This document shows positions 31,875 through 41,434 of a stretch of 64,000 nucleotides of DNA, in pieces. This DNA comes from an uncultured Methanoregulaceae archaeon (GTDB lineage Archaea; Halobacteriota; Methanomicrobia; Methanomicrobiales; Methanospirillaceae): NCBI GenBank assembly GCA_963841015.1, contig CAWJAX010000005.1, positions 96,001 to 160,000 on the forward strand, read 5' to 3'. A program made the translations under genes and the position numbers. The notes beneath the pieces are model-generated. The model made no database searches and was not told where the DNA came from. It saw nothing but the letters and a program-made list of their open reading frames with translations. Numbering within the stretch: the first letter of the stretch is position 1; every line of letters starts with the position of its first letter.

Positions 31875-32588
31875 TTTTCCCAGAAATTCCCTGCCTTCCG
31901 GGCTGGTAAACAGCGGAAGATCACGATCAACCGTAACAGCACTGCGTTCGGCTATTACCGTCTGTCGGGTAATCGGATTGAACCCTTCCTTTTCCGTGAT
32001 CCTCTTATAGACCAGCACGCCCCTCCGCTGCCATGCCGGAGTAGTGGCAAGGTTGAACCCCCGTTTATGCATCATATCATGGAGATCTTTTGCCGGCAGG
32101 CCTTTTAACCGGGCTGCAGCCTTTTTTGCACTCATCCCTTCTTTAATCAACGCCTGCTGGCAGTAACCGTTTATATGATTACGCCATGCCTCGTTCTGCC
32201 GGTTTGTCAGGTATTCGAGAGCAAATTCCCGTGTTGCCGGAATGACCCGTGCATCGAATGACAGGGCAGTTGTCGTTCCGAGGATAAGGGTGAGGGAACT
32301 TGCCGCAAAGGAAGCGGATACCGAGTCGATCTTTTCCACCCGGCCATTAAACGGGAGTTGGGTGAAATAGAGGCTGATCTCATCCGAGAAAGTAAACGCA
32401 AAATCAGGACAGAGCCCGCTGTCAGCCACAAGCAATTGGCATACCTGAACCATTGCATCGCCGAACCGGTCATCAAATGGTTTTTTCAGGGCAAGGTTCT
32501 CTGCAAGCCGGTGAAATGCACGCCCGTCAAGCCTGACAAAAACAGGGGGAATCGTAGTGATTGCTGAAAATATTTCCCGGTTTTCCAT
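31857..32588 (-). CDS. thg1: tRNA-His guanylyltransferase Thg1
   Basis: VRLDGRAFH, KPFD, FSDEIS, FNGRVEKI, FDAR, RQNEAWRN. Confidence 0.95.
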   Translation of the reverse strand: MENREIFSAITTIPPVFVRLDGRAFHRLAENLALKKPFDDRFGDAMVQVCQLLVADSGLCPDFAFTFSDEISLYFTQLPFNGRVEKIDSVSASFAASSLTLILGTTTALSFDARVIPATREFALEYLTNRQNEAWRNHINGYCQQALIKEGMSAKKAAARLKGLPAKDLHDMMHKRGFNLATTPAWQRRGVLVYKRITEKEGFNPITRQTVIAERSAVTVDRDLPLFTSPEGREFLGKLVACP

Positions 32589-32650
32589 ACAACAACCATG
32601 CAGGAGAAAAAAAATACGAATGATTCTCCCGCAGCAACCCGATTCCTTTT

Positions 32651-32914
32651 TTACTCTTCCACACTGCCGCCCGTGAAGGCTCCCGGCAGGTGGCGGATCA
32701 GGACTATATCGTCTATCGCGCTGATGATTCGGTAGGGGATCTTGAGGCCTTTGAAATTTTTCAGCTCAAAGAGCTGGTCATTGACCTTGCTGACTACAAT
32801 TGAATCTATCTTCTTCTGATCCACATCAATGAGAACATCTTCGACTTCGCCGACAAACATGCCCTTGTCCGTATAGATCTGAAGCCCGAACAACTCTGTA
32901 ATCTGGGTTTCCAT
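32651..32914 (-). CDS. PRC-barrel domain protein
   Basis: IYTDKGMFVGEVEDV...IPYRIISAIDDIVLI. Confidence 0.88.
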   Translation of the reverse strand: METQITELFGLQIYTDKGMFVGEVEDVLIDVDQKKIDSIVVSKVNDQLFELKNFKGLKIPYRIISAIDDIVLIRHLPGAFTGGSVEE

Positions 32915-32965
32915 CGTTATCAGATGAAAGTATATACTTAAGAGTTAAAAAGATAATCCTTTGTT

Positions 32966-34099
32966 ATGGAAGGATCGTTTCGGATCGGACGCATCTTTGG
33001 GATTCCGATCCTGATCCATTATTCCTTTATCCTGGTCATTCCACTGTTCGCCTGGATCATCGGGAGCCAGATTACGCTCACCGCAGATATGCTCCAGGGT
33101 GTCTTTTCCGTCCCGATCGATACCTCGCTTATTACCGAGGGTATTATGCCCTGGGTTCTGGGTACCGTTATTGCTCTCGGTCTTTTTGGAGGTGTCCTCG
33201 TTCACGAACTTGCTCATTCGCTGGTCGCCCGCCGCAAAGGGATCAAGATTAACAGCATCACACTCATGATCTTCGGCGGCATTGCGGCTATGGAAGAAGG
33301 GATTCCGGACCCGAAAGCCGAACTGCCCATGGCGCTGGTAGGACCGATCGCCAGTCTCGTTGTCGGTCTGATGTGCGTTGCGATTGCGTATGCAGTTCCT
33401 GCTGTCATAAAGAACCCTCCTGTCGCCGGTGTAGTGGTCTTTGTGTTTGGATATCTCGGGTTACTCAATATTATCCTCTTTGCATTCAATCTCTTACCTG
33501 CATTCCCGATGGACGGGGGCAGGGTGCTGCGTGCATGGCTGGCTGAAAGGATGCCACTCCATCGTGCGACAAAGATTGCTGCAGACATAGGGAAAGGCTT
33601 TGCAATTGTCTTTGGGCTTATCGGACTCTTTTTCTTCTCCCCCTTCCTGATCCTCATCGCGCTCTTTATCTATATCGGTGCGAGCATGGAGTCGGCGGCG
33701 GTGAAGTACAGTTTCCTGCTCCAGGATGTAACGGTTGGCGACATGATGAGCAGCCCGGTAACGACCGTTCCCCCCACTCTTCCCGTCAGCCAGGTGATCA
33801 CCATGATGTACTCAAGCAAGCATCTCGGGTTTCCTGTAGTCGAGCGGGATACGTTGATCGGCATGGTGACGCTTGCTGATATTAACCATATGACTTCGAT
33901 AGATCGTGAGGCGATGCAGGTCCGGGATGTCATGACCCGTGACCCGGTTACACTCCCTCCTACAGCGCCAGTGATTGATGCACTGAAGATCATGTCAGCA
34001 CGCAACTTCGGCAGGATCCCTGTCGTGCAGGACGGCAAAATTCTCGGGATCGTAACCCGGACAGATATCATCAAAGTGACGGAACTGAAACAGATTTAG
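32966..34099 (+). CDS. Site-2 (M50) zinc metalloprotease with a CBS pair
   Basis: HELAH, NLLPAFPMDGGR, two C-terminal CBS repeats. Confidence 0.95.
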   Translation: MEGSFRIGRIFGIPILIHYSFILVIPLFAWIIGSQITLTADMLQGVFSVPIDTSLITEGIMPWVLGTVIALGLFGGVLVHELAHSLVARRKGIKINSITLMIFGGIAAMEEGIPDPKAELPMALVGPIASLVVGLMCVAIAYAVPAVIKNPPVAGVVVFVFGYLGLLNIILFAFNLLPAFPMDGGRVLRAWLAERMPLHRATKIAADIGKGFAIVFGLIGLFFFSPFLILIALFIYIGASMESAAVKYSFLLQDVTVGDMMSSPVTTVPPTLPVSQVITMMYSSKHLGFPVVERDTLIGMVTLADINHMTSIDREAMQVRDVMTRDPVTLPPTAPVIDALKIMSARNFGRIPVVQDGKILGIVTRTDIIKVTELKQI

Positions 34100-35739
34100 A
34101 ATGTAAGGAGCAGATCAATGGGTGAACTCCCGGCAACTTTCCGGTAAGCATCAAGATTTTTGAAAGGCCGTTTCACCAGCACCGAAGCCACTTTTTTCTT
34201 CCCTATACCCGGCAGCCATTTTAATGCGGTTGCCGGGAGCATGTTGATCTCGATGGGAACGGGTAAGGCTGTCACAGAACGCATACCCCAGTCAACCACC
34301 ACTGCATCAATAATACTCCGTTCGGAAAGACGGACCGGAATTCCGACCAGGAGGGGGTACGAGCCCATCTGCCGCCCGAAGGAGAGATCCCCGCAGACTT
34401 CAATGCGAACATCGCGAAGTACCGTACCAATGGGAAAGACCCGCTGGAGCATCGGGAGATCAATTTTATGCCTCACAAATTCCTTGAAACGCCTGAACCG
34501 GTGATCAAATTTCCCCAGAGTATTGTGTGTGTACGCAGGTGTGCCTTCAAACGGCATTACCTGCCGGATGTTTACGCGCCTGACGGAAAGCCCGGCATCA
34601 CGTACTTGAACGAGGAACTGTTCGTTCATGTCGTAGGTCTCCTCGGTCTCTCCCGCGAGACCGCAGACGAAGTTGAGCCCCGGGAGCAGTTCAGGTACAT
34701 TGTCCCTTCGCATGCCACCCTCTTCATTTACGATCCGGATCGCCCGGAAAACTTCATCTGATTTTGCCTTGAGGTTGTTAGCCGCTATCACTGCCGGGTC
34801 AGCAGTCTCCATACCAAACGCAGCGACATCCCCGGGCGTATGATGCCGTATGATTGCCCGTATTGCCTCACGGCTCTCCTCTTCGTGCTTTGCGATTGTC
34901 GCAGGGTTCGTATTATCGATATGAAGGGTTTTTAATGCAGGTGCTGCAGTGCGAATTGAGGCAAAGAGGGTTTCCAGGAGATCTGGGCGCGGTGCGGGAT
35001 ACTCTCCGGCACCCGCACCATAGGCAAGAATGTCAGGCTGCCGTCCCACCCTGAAATGCCTCGCCCCGTGAAAATGGAGTGAAGTGACTTCTTCAACTAT
35101 ACTTTCGATGGGACGGTACTTCGGTGTCCCATAAAAAGGTTCGGTGCAGAATGAACACCCACCCGATGCACCGTGAGAGCAGCCCCGTGCGGTCTCGAGC
35201 TCACACATGACCTGAGGGTAATCCGGATGCTGCTCAATAATCCCGCTGCCGGCAACACTCCACGGGTCGGTTCGAGAGTAATCGAGTGCTCCTGCTGGTT
35301 TATTCCCCCCAAGATAATTGTCCAGTGCAATGGCCGGTTCTCCCTTAAGCAGGGCTTCAAAACCACTGATGACCTGTTTGATCGCCCGCTGACCACCCTC
35401 TTGAGCATAACCGAACCCAATTGGCCCCCCTATCAGTTTTTTTGGTCCCCTGATCATTTGTCCGATCTGCTGGATCTCAGTAAGGGTTGCGGGAGTACCC
35501 CCAAGATATTTTCCCGGTACAGTTACTCCGGCAATCATTACCAGAAGGTTCGCACGGTCCAGCTTATTGATAAAATCCGGGTCATTCCGGAGCTGGTCAA
35601 TAGTCAGATACCGAACCGTGTACCTGTGTCCGATCAAAACACCAGCAACGGTGCGAATATAGGGGGATACGTACGGCGGCACGCCAAGGCATGCAGGTTC
35701 GTCGACGTACCCGTCAAGGATATAGGCTTCAGCAGGCAT
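34096..35739 (-). CDS. Radical SAM protein with C-terminal TRAM-like/HhH domain
   Basis: ETARGC......GCSFC, N-terminal DGYVDEPACLGVPPY, LPGIGKK HhH. Confidence 0.88.
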   Translation of the reverse strand: MPAEAYILDGYVDEPACLGVPPYVSPYIRTVAGVLIGHRYTVRYLTIDQLRNDPDFINKLDRANLLVMIAGVTVPGKYLGGTPATLTEIQQIGQMIRGPKKLIGGPIGFGYAQEGGQRAIKQVISGFEALLKGEPAIALDNYLGGNKPAGALDYSRTDPWSVAGSGIIEQHPDYPQVMCELETARGCSHGASGGCSFCTEPFYGTPKYRPIESIVEEVTSLHFHGARHFRVGRQPDILAYGAGAGEYPAPRPDLLETLFASIRTAAPALKTLHIDNTNPATIAKHEEESREAIRAIIRHHTPGDVAAFGMETADPAVIAANNLKAKSDEVFRAIRIVNEEGGMRRDNVPELLPGLNFVCGLAGETEETYDMNEQFLVQVRDAGLSVRRVNIRQVMPFEGTPAYTHNTLGKFDHRFRRFKEFVRHKIDLPMLQRVFPIGTVLRDVRIEVCGDLSFGRQMGSYPLLVGIPVRLSERSIIDAVVVDWGMRSVTALPVPIEINMLPATALKWLPGIGKKKVASVLVKRPFKNLDAYRKVAGSSPIDLLLTF

Positions 35740-36349
35740 GGCCGATCAGGGCAAGCAGTTTTCGCGCCCAGAAAAGTTTGCCCCGCTTCATCGGGTCTAC
35801 ATTGTTATCATCAAGGTCAAACCCGATAAGAGTGATATGTTCTGCACCGAGTTCGTCAGCTGCAAAAACAGCACGGTCACCGTCAGAAAATCCACCAAAA
35901 TTGTGGACATGCGGGAGCGGGATGCTCTGCGTGGTCGCGACGACCGGGCCCTTGAATCGCGGTACCCAGTGTCGGAGCAGCGGTATGTTATCACCATGCG
36001 CATGAATTACTACAATGGTACCCGATTCATTCAACGAAAGGAGGCGGTCTGTCGCACCATCAAGATCGGTGAAAACCGCATCCGGGCGGATATCGTGTGC
36101 ATCAAGCACTTCAGCTGCTGCATCCGCGGCGAATACGACACCCTGAATTTTGCCAAGCTCATCTTTCAGGCAGGGTGCGTTTCCACAGACAGTGACGTAA
36201 TTGTCGCAGGTTAGTGCAGCAAGGGAGAGAAGATTGTCCCGGGTCATGAGCGCGGCCAGCACCCGTGCCGCTTCCTCATCCTGTGCTCGATCGAACCCGA
36301 AATATTCCAGAATTTCGCAGTAATAAGGCTCCCACACGTCAAAATTCAT
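35729..36349 (-). CDS. mptE: 6-hydroxymethyl-7,8-dihydropterin pyrophosphokinase MptE
   Basis: AADAA, TDLDG, HAHGDN, NFGGFSDGDRA. Confidence 0.9.
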   Translation of the reverse strand: MNFDVWEPYYCEILEYFGFDRAQDEEAARVLAALMTRDNLLSLAALTCDNYVTVCGNAPCLKDELGKIQGVVFAADAAAEVLDAHDIRPDAVFTDLDGATDRLLSLNESGTIVVIHAHGDNIPLLRHWVPRFKGPVVATTQSIPLPHVHNFGGFSDGDRAVFAADELGAEHITLIGFDLDDNNVDPMKRGKLFWARKLLALIGHAC

Positions 36350-36527
36350 AGCTAATCCCAAACCCTTTGATAAACTTTTTTTTCTGATACCGGCTTTTTA
36401 CTTGTCCATCACTTTACCAGAAATGCCCGGCAGGGCTGATGAAAGCACCAGTCCCCCTTCCCATTGTTCAACACATTTCTCAAAAATTTTCCTGTTCCGA
36501 ATTGATTTTTCCCGTATTTTCGGAAGA

Positions 36528-37997
36528 TTATACTCCATTCTTCCTTCCCTCGTTTTCCAGTCCGACGAGGTTCTTGAACTTCTGCAGGATGGGTTCGATG
36601 ACAAACTCAAGCAGCTGGTCTTTTTTCTCGACCTTGCCAAAGTAATGGAGGGGGAGGGTGGCTGCAGCCATATTCGGGTGACCGCCTGCATCGCCCATTT
36701 CCCCGAACGCTTCTGAAAGTGCATTGCCGATATGCAACCTGATATCGCGGTTGCGTGCAGAGATCACGATCGCGTTATCCGTGATACCATACACGAGTGC
36801 TGTATTCACCCCTTCGAGGGTGATAAGGATGTCGGCTGCCTGGGGGAGTGCATCACGGTTCATAACATAGCCAACATTGGCAAAGAGATACCCGCTCTGC
36901 ACCTTGCGCCGGGTAATAGCTGAACCAATTACGTCAAGGGTTTCCTGCGACATGGAAGGTGACATGATCTTATCGAGCAGGTCAGCATCCGTAAGAGGAA
37001 GGAGGAACCCTGCGTAGTTGAGATCCTGGGGCGTTACATTGCGCTTGAACTCCTTGGTATCCGTACGGATACCATACAGCAGTGCAGTCGCGACCCGTTT
37101 GTCAACCGGGACATCGAGCTCCTGCAGGTACTGGGTAAGGATGCTTGCGGTTGCACCCACACCAGGGCGGATATCTACAAATGTAGTCTGCGTTGCCATG
37201 TGCCTGCCCTCCTTGTGATGGTCGATGATAATATTAATCCTGGTCTGGGGGGGTATGTCATTGTTAGCACCAGGTCCCGAACTGTCGACAAGAGCAAGAT
37301 AGGTGCATTTCTGGAGAGCATCTGCTGTCATGTGTTCCATCTTGATGTCGAGCAGGTTGACAAACGTCCGGTTTTCCTGGTGGCCAATACTGCCTTCGTA
37401 AAAGATCCGTGTTGAGAGTGATTTCGGGTTGGCATGCTTTGCAATCTCAGCAAGGGCCATGGCAGAAGAGATTGCATCCGGGTCCGGATTCTTGTGGGTG
37501 ATGATTCCCAGTGTCCCCTCCCAACCGGCAAGCAGAGTAAACAGCCGCTGGGAAATCCTGCTCGAGTGCTGCTTTTTTATCTGAAGGATAGCCGACCTTG
37601 CAACCACTTCCTGGGGGTAAAGCACAAATTCCGCCCCGGCAGCAGTGAGCATCTGCCCGTTCACCGGATCGATCGAGCGCACGACTACCAGAACAGCCGG
37701 GTATCGTTTCTTGATGGAGAGTACTGCTGCGAGGTTGGCATCACCATCACCGGTCATCACAAACGCGATCTCGAAAATCGGGAGACCACTCAGCATGTCC
37801 GGTGAAGTGATATCCCGCAGGTACGCGTCATACTTCTGGTCACGGAGGTTACGGACACGTGTATCGTCCTTGTCAACCACGATCACGCGCTCATTCTCTT
37901 TTGCGAGTTCCAGAATGATGTTGTAACCGTTGGTCCCGCACCCGAAAATGCAGTATTTTGTCGTTCCCGGCTGCTCAAACGGGGCTTCTTGCGGCAT
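36528..37997 (-). CDS. TrkA-N (RCK) domain fused to DHH/DHHA1 phosphoesterase
   Basis: GCGTNG Rossmann motif; HKNPDPDA, IDHH, GIRTDT, GGH. Confidence 0.9.
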   Translation of the reverse strand: MPQEAPFEQPGTTKYCIFGCGTNGYNIILELAKENERVIVVDKDDTRVRNLRDQKYDAYLRDITSPDMLSGLPIFEIAFVMTGDGDANLAAVLSIKKRYPAVLVVVRSIDPVNGQMLTAAGAEFVLYPQEVVARSAILQIKKQHSSRISQRLFTLLAGWEGTLGIITHKNPDPDAISSAMALAEIAKHANPKSLSTRIFYEGSIGHQENRTFVNLLDIKMEHMTADALQKCTYLALVDSSGPGANNDIPPQTRINIIIDHHKEGRHMATQTTFVDIRPGVGATASILTQYLQELDVPVDKRVATALLYGIRTDTKEFKRNVTPQDLNYAGFLLPLTDADLLDKIMSPSMSQETLDVIGSAITRRKVQSGYLFANVGYVMNRDALPQAADILITLEGVNTALVYGITDNAIVISARNRDIRLHIGNALSEAFGEMGDAGGHPNMAAATLPLHYFGKVEKKDQLLEFVIEPILQKFKNLVGLENEGRKNGV

Positions 37998-38102
37998 GTT
38001 ACACAAAGATGTATCATTCCAGCGTATTAAGGGATTCCAATGCACCCATCTCCAAAACATTTATTCGGCATTATCAACTACATTACTAGGTCTAACGAGC
38101 GT

Positions 38103-38176
38103 GGGTCTGTCACTTAGTTCGGCATAGCGGCGGACTCTTAATCCGCAGGTCAAGGGTTCAAATCCCTTCAGGCCCG
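38103..38176 (+). tRNA. tRNA-Lys(CTT)
   Basis: GGGTCTG acceptor stem, GCGGA-CT-CTT-AA-TCCGC anticodon arm, GGTTCAAATCC T-arm. Positions 8-11 read TCAC instead of the expected TAGC. Confidence 0.92.
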
Positions 38177-38347
38177 TTTTTCACCCCATTTGTTTTTATT
38201 TTTACCTTCTTCTGCCGAGTGATAATTGCATATCCTGAGTGCCTGTACCAATTTCATTTCTACAAAAAAAGTCTATCTGCTCATTTTTCCCATGGAAGCA
38301 TGGGAAAAAAGGTGGCACATGAACGCAAAGCAAACCCGGATAAGGGA

Positions 38348-38629
38348 TTACTTTTTCAGAGCACCTTCGAGCCAGTCCCCGATTAAGGCACCCATGATAA
38401 ACATGATAACGAATAATATTATGACGATAAAAACCCGATACACTCCCAGGAAATCGACATCAATGCTTATGCCTTCGGGAACAAGGAACAGAGAGGCGAT
38501 CACAAAAATACTACCCAAAACGAAACCGATAATCGCGCTGTTTTTGAGAATGCCTACGAAGTCTTCTTTCCCACGGTGAAAAAAGCCAAATGCAATACCG
38601 ATAGCGAAATTCAGCAGTTCAAGCCACAC
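38348..38629 (-). CDS. Small membrane protein (three predicted helices)
   Basis: Hydrophobic 93-aa ORF with GGAG SD-like sequence. Confidence 0.7.
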   Translation of the reverse strand: MWLELLNFAIGIAFGFFHRGKEDFVGILKNSAIIGFVLGSIFVIASLFLVPEGISIDVDFLGVYRVFIVIILFVIMFIMGALIGDWLEGALKK

Positions 38630-38773
38630 CTGGATACTCCTGTTTTAAAGCATCATATCGTACTCCAATCCCTAAATAGGTTCCGTGAAGTGATGGGACA
38701 TCTGCCTGGCACAACCTGTTTTTTTAATGTTGTCAGGAATTGTGTGCCGGATGCCTGATAAGGAACACCGTCA

Positions 38774-39124
38774 TTATTCAAGGGTAATGAATGCCTGCCG
38801 CCATGGTTTTTTACCAATAACCCGGGTTTTATGGCCATGTCCGGAAACATCCTCGGCAAGCAGGACATCCCCCTTGCCAAACAGCCTTTTATCACCGCTG
38901 GTTACTTCTATTTCGGCCCTTCCTTCAAGGGTGACAACATACTCCCTGCAGACAACGTTGTGCCAGGTGTATTGATAATCAGCAGGTACTTCTCTGAAAA
39001 AAAAAGCCTTTACACCAGTCGGATGGGTAAAAAAGCCCAGAGGACCGCGGGATTCCAGATGAATCTCAATTTCATCAAAATGGGACTCATTATCCTTCCC
39101 GGTATAAAGTCGCGTGATTCGCAT
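38774..39124 (-). CDS. Cupin-domain protein
   Basis: WHN...YVVTLEG..E...GDVLLAEDVSGHGH. Confidence 0.85.
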   Translation of the reverse strand: MRITRLYTGKDNESHFDEIEIHLESRGPLGFFTHPTGVKAFFFREVPADYQYTWHNVVCREYVVTLEGRAEIEVTSGDKRLFGKGDVLLAEDVSGHGHKTRVIGKKPWRQAFITLE

Positions 39125-39379
39125 GTTCTGTCCTCAGTTAAAATTGTTTGATGATAAAAATTCCGAAACCTGGAAACACCAAATACTAACAATCGGAGCA
39201 AGAGATTAATTTTTTTGTTTTATCTTCCTGAACACACGCAAACTTCCTGTTATGATGAGATCCTTATCAGAAATGAGGGTCCTTTCACATCCGGATTTTT
39301 TTAGAATCAGGGAATGGCAGTGATCTTCAATTCACGGAAAATTTTTCCCGACAATTCTGGCAGGAGGGGGAAAGCGGAT

Positions 39380-39571
39380 TTATTTCTTTTTTGAGGATTT
39401 CTCATCATGATGGATCAATTTGCACCTGTTTACGCACTCCCAGTTCTCCGGAAGGTATTTCCCGTCAGGGCCGGGTTTCATGACAGCGTTATGCTTTGCG
39501 CCGCACACAAGGCATTCCATGAGTCCCGTTGATTCGTCAACCAGTTTCATAACGTTTTCTTTCTTTGTCAT
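39380..39571 (-). CDS. Small putative zinc-ribbon protein
   Basis: ECLVCG...WECVNRC. Confidence 0.55.
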   Translation of the reverse strand: MTKKENVMKLVDESTGLMECLVCGAKHNAVMKPGPDGKYLPENWECVNRCKLIHHDEKSSKKK

Positions 39572-39786
39572 CTTACCAATGTCGATCTTTAAGGGTGATA
39601 AAATCATGGAATGGGGAGTCTGGTCGGATCACTCCAATGTTATGCCCGTGCCTGAAAAGGTATACGCTTCAGGTAAAAGAGCGATATGAATCAGGGCCGG
39701 ATAGAACGCAGGTGTCTTCAAACATAGCACATAAATCCTTGCAGGAGAACAAAAGGAATGCCTCATATCAGACAGGTGTGAAAAAG

Positions 39787-40360
39787 ATGGAATTCAAAGG
39801 AAGCAGAACAGAAAAAAACGTCCTTGCCGCATTTGCCGGTGAGTCCCAGGCACGTACACGCTACAGTTTCTTTGCAAGCGCAGCACGTAAGGAGGGATTT
39901 GAGCAGGTTGGAGCAGTCTTCCAGCAGACATCAGAAGAGGAGAAAGAACATGCAAAGCTCGTTTTTTAAACAGCTCAAAGGAGGCGACGCAGAGATTACT
40001 GCATCATATCCCGCCGGGGTAATCGGCACTACCAGAGATAACCTCATGGCGGCAGCAAAGGGCGAGAAGATGGAATGGGGTACTCTCTATCCTGCATTTG
40101 CCAAGACGGCAGAGGATGAAGGGTTCAAAGATATTGCCAATCTCTTCAGACAGGTTGCCAGGGTGGAGGTATACCATGAACGACGGTATACTAAACTGCT
40201 TACAAATCTTGAAAAAGACGCGGTTTTCAAAAAAGATGCTCCTGCTCAATGGTACTGCCGGAACTGCGGTTATGTCCATGACGGCAAGGCAGCTCCAGTG
40301 AAATGCCCGGTCTGTGATCACCCGCAGAGTTATTTCGAGCTGTGGGTAGAAAATTACTAA
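39787..40360 (+). CDS. rbr: Rubrerythrin; extra base at ~39960
   Basis: [20 protein letters not shown]-terminal rubredoxin CRNCGY...CPVC. Confidence 0.95.
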
Positions 40361-40474
40361 CCCTGATCATTCTTTTTTTAACCCAATTCAACTTCAGGAG
40401 CTGCAAAAAATTTTCCTGGCTTCATAAAATACTTCACCGCAACTCTTTTTTCCGAACACTGCAATCAACCCTTT

Positions 40475-40900
40475 ATGGAGAAGCCCGGACTTAAACACTT
40501 CCTGATTATTGTACTCCTTCTCGTTATTGCCGTTGCAGTGGCGATAGTCCTGAGCCCAAAGATATTCGGACCTGATGTGGCTGGCGGAACGGGAACCCTT
40601 ACCGGTAATGTCTCCATCGGACCCTTGTGTCCGGTCGAACCATGCATGGTGCCTCCGGACAGGCTTACTGCTGCCTATGCTGCACGAACAATTGTTGTTT
40701 CAAACGCAGGAGGATCGGTGATTGCGACAACAGCGCCGGATCCGTATGACGGTTATTCCTTCAGACTCAAGCCAGGAATATATATTGTTGATATCCGCCA
40801 CGCGGGAATTGACCGGAGTCCGGACCTGCCGGAAACCGTCACAATCCGCGCAGGGGAAACAGTCACCCTCGATATCTCGATAGACACGGGTATACGATAA
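40475..40900 (+). CDS. Membrane-anchored/exported protein with a carboxypeptidase-regulatory-like beta-sandwich
   Basis: N-terminal TM, GPLCPVE motif, GYSFRLKPGIY, DTGIR end. Confidence 0.7.
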   Translation: MEKPGLKHFLIIVLLLVIAVAVAIVLSPKIFGPDVAGGTGTLTGNVSIGPLCPVEPCMVPPDRLTAAYAARTIVVSNAGGSVIATTAPDPYDGYSFRLKPGIYIVDIRHAGIDRSPDLPETVTIRAGETVTLDISIDTGIR

Positions 40901-40995
40901 AGATCAGATCCCACACTATTGCCATGTTCCTAAAAATTGATGACAGGTTGTGGAGGAAACGCCTTATGCCCGATCAGTGCCGGAATACTTAGGAT

Positions 40996-41379
40996 ATGGG
41001 GCATTATATCAGGGGCGATGTAGTGATCGTCCCGGTTACTTTTAACGAGCGGAGCGGGGCAAAGACCCGCCCTGCCGTGGTTATTGCATCGGGAAGGACC
41101 CCGGAGGTCTGCCTCTGCCCGGTCAGCAGTAAGCCCCCATCAGATGCACCCTGTGTTTCGATTTCATTGGACGATTTTTCAGAGGGTGGGCTCGACCTTT
41201 TTGGTGAAAGCTATGTGTTGACTTCGCGGGTACTGGTGATCCGGAGTGGTGAAGTCATAGGAAAACGGGGACGTCTTACCGAGGAATCTATCACATCTGT
41301 CATGCTTAAGGTGCCACCATCGCTGATACCCGATGATTACCGGGCAAAAGCAACGAAAGGATCAGGATTTCTGCGATAA
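40996..41379 (+). CDS. PemK/MazF-family endoribonuclease-like protein
   Basis: RGDVVIVP.....GAKTRPAVVI...LCPVSS...KRGRL. Confidence 0.8.
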   Translation: MGHYIRGDVVIVPVTFNERSGAKTRPAVVIASGRTPEVCLCPVSSKPPSDAPCVSISLDDFSEGGLDLFGESYVLTSRVLVIRSGEVIGKRGRLTEESITSVMLKVPPSLIPDDYRAKATKGSGFLR

Positions 41380-41434
41380 CCGTATCAACTTATATTCGCA
41401 TTCTTCTTTATCCGGAATTAGTGAGGTTGCAAGG

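Noticed and set aside
36398-36538. 46-aa ORF MEYNLPKIREK... between the DHH gene and mptE
   Set aside because: No recognisable motif; it could be chance, so support is insufficient.
38103-38176. tRNA-Lys with non-canonical C9/A10 and a broken D-stem
   Set aside because: The expected TAGCT reads TCACT, the same kind of lesion seen at other AGCT sites; probably an artefact.
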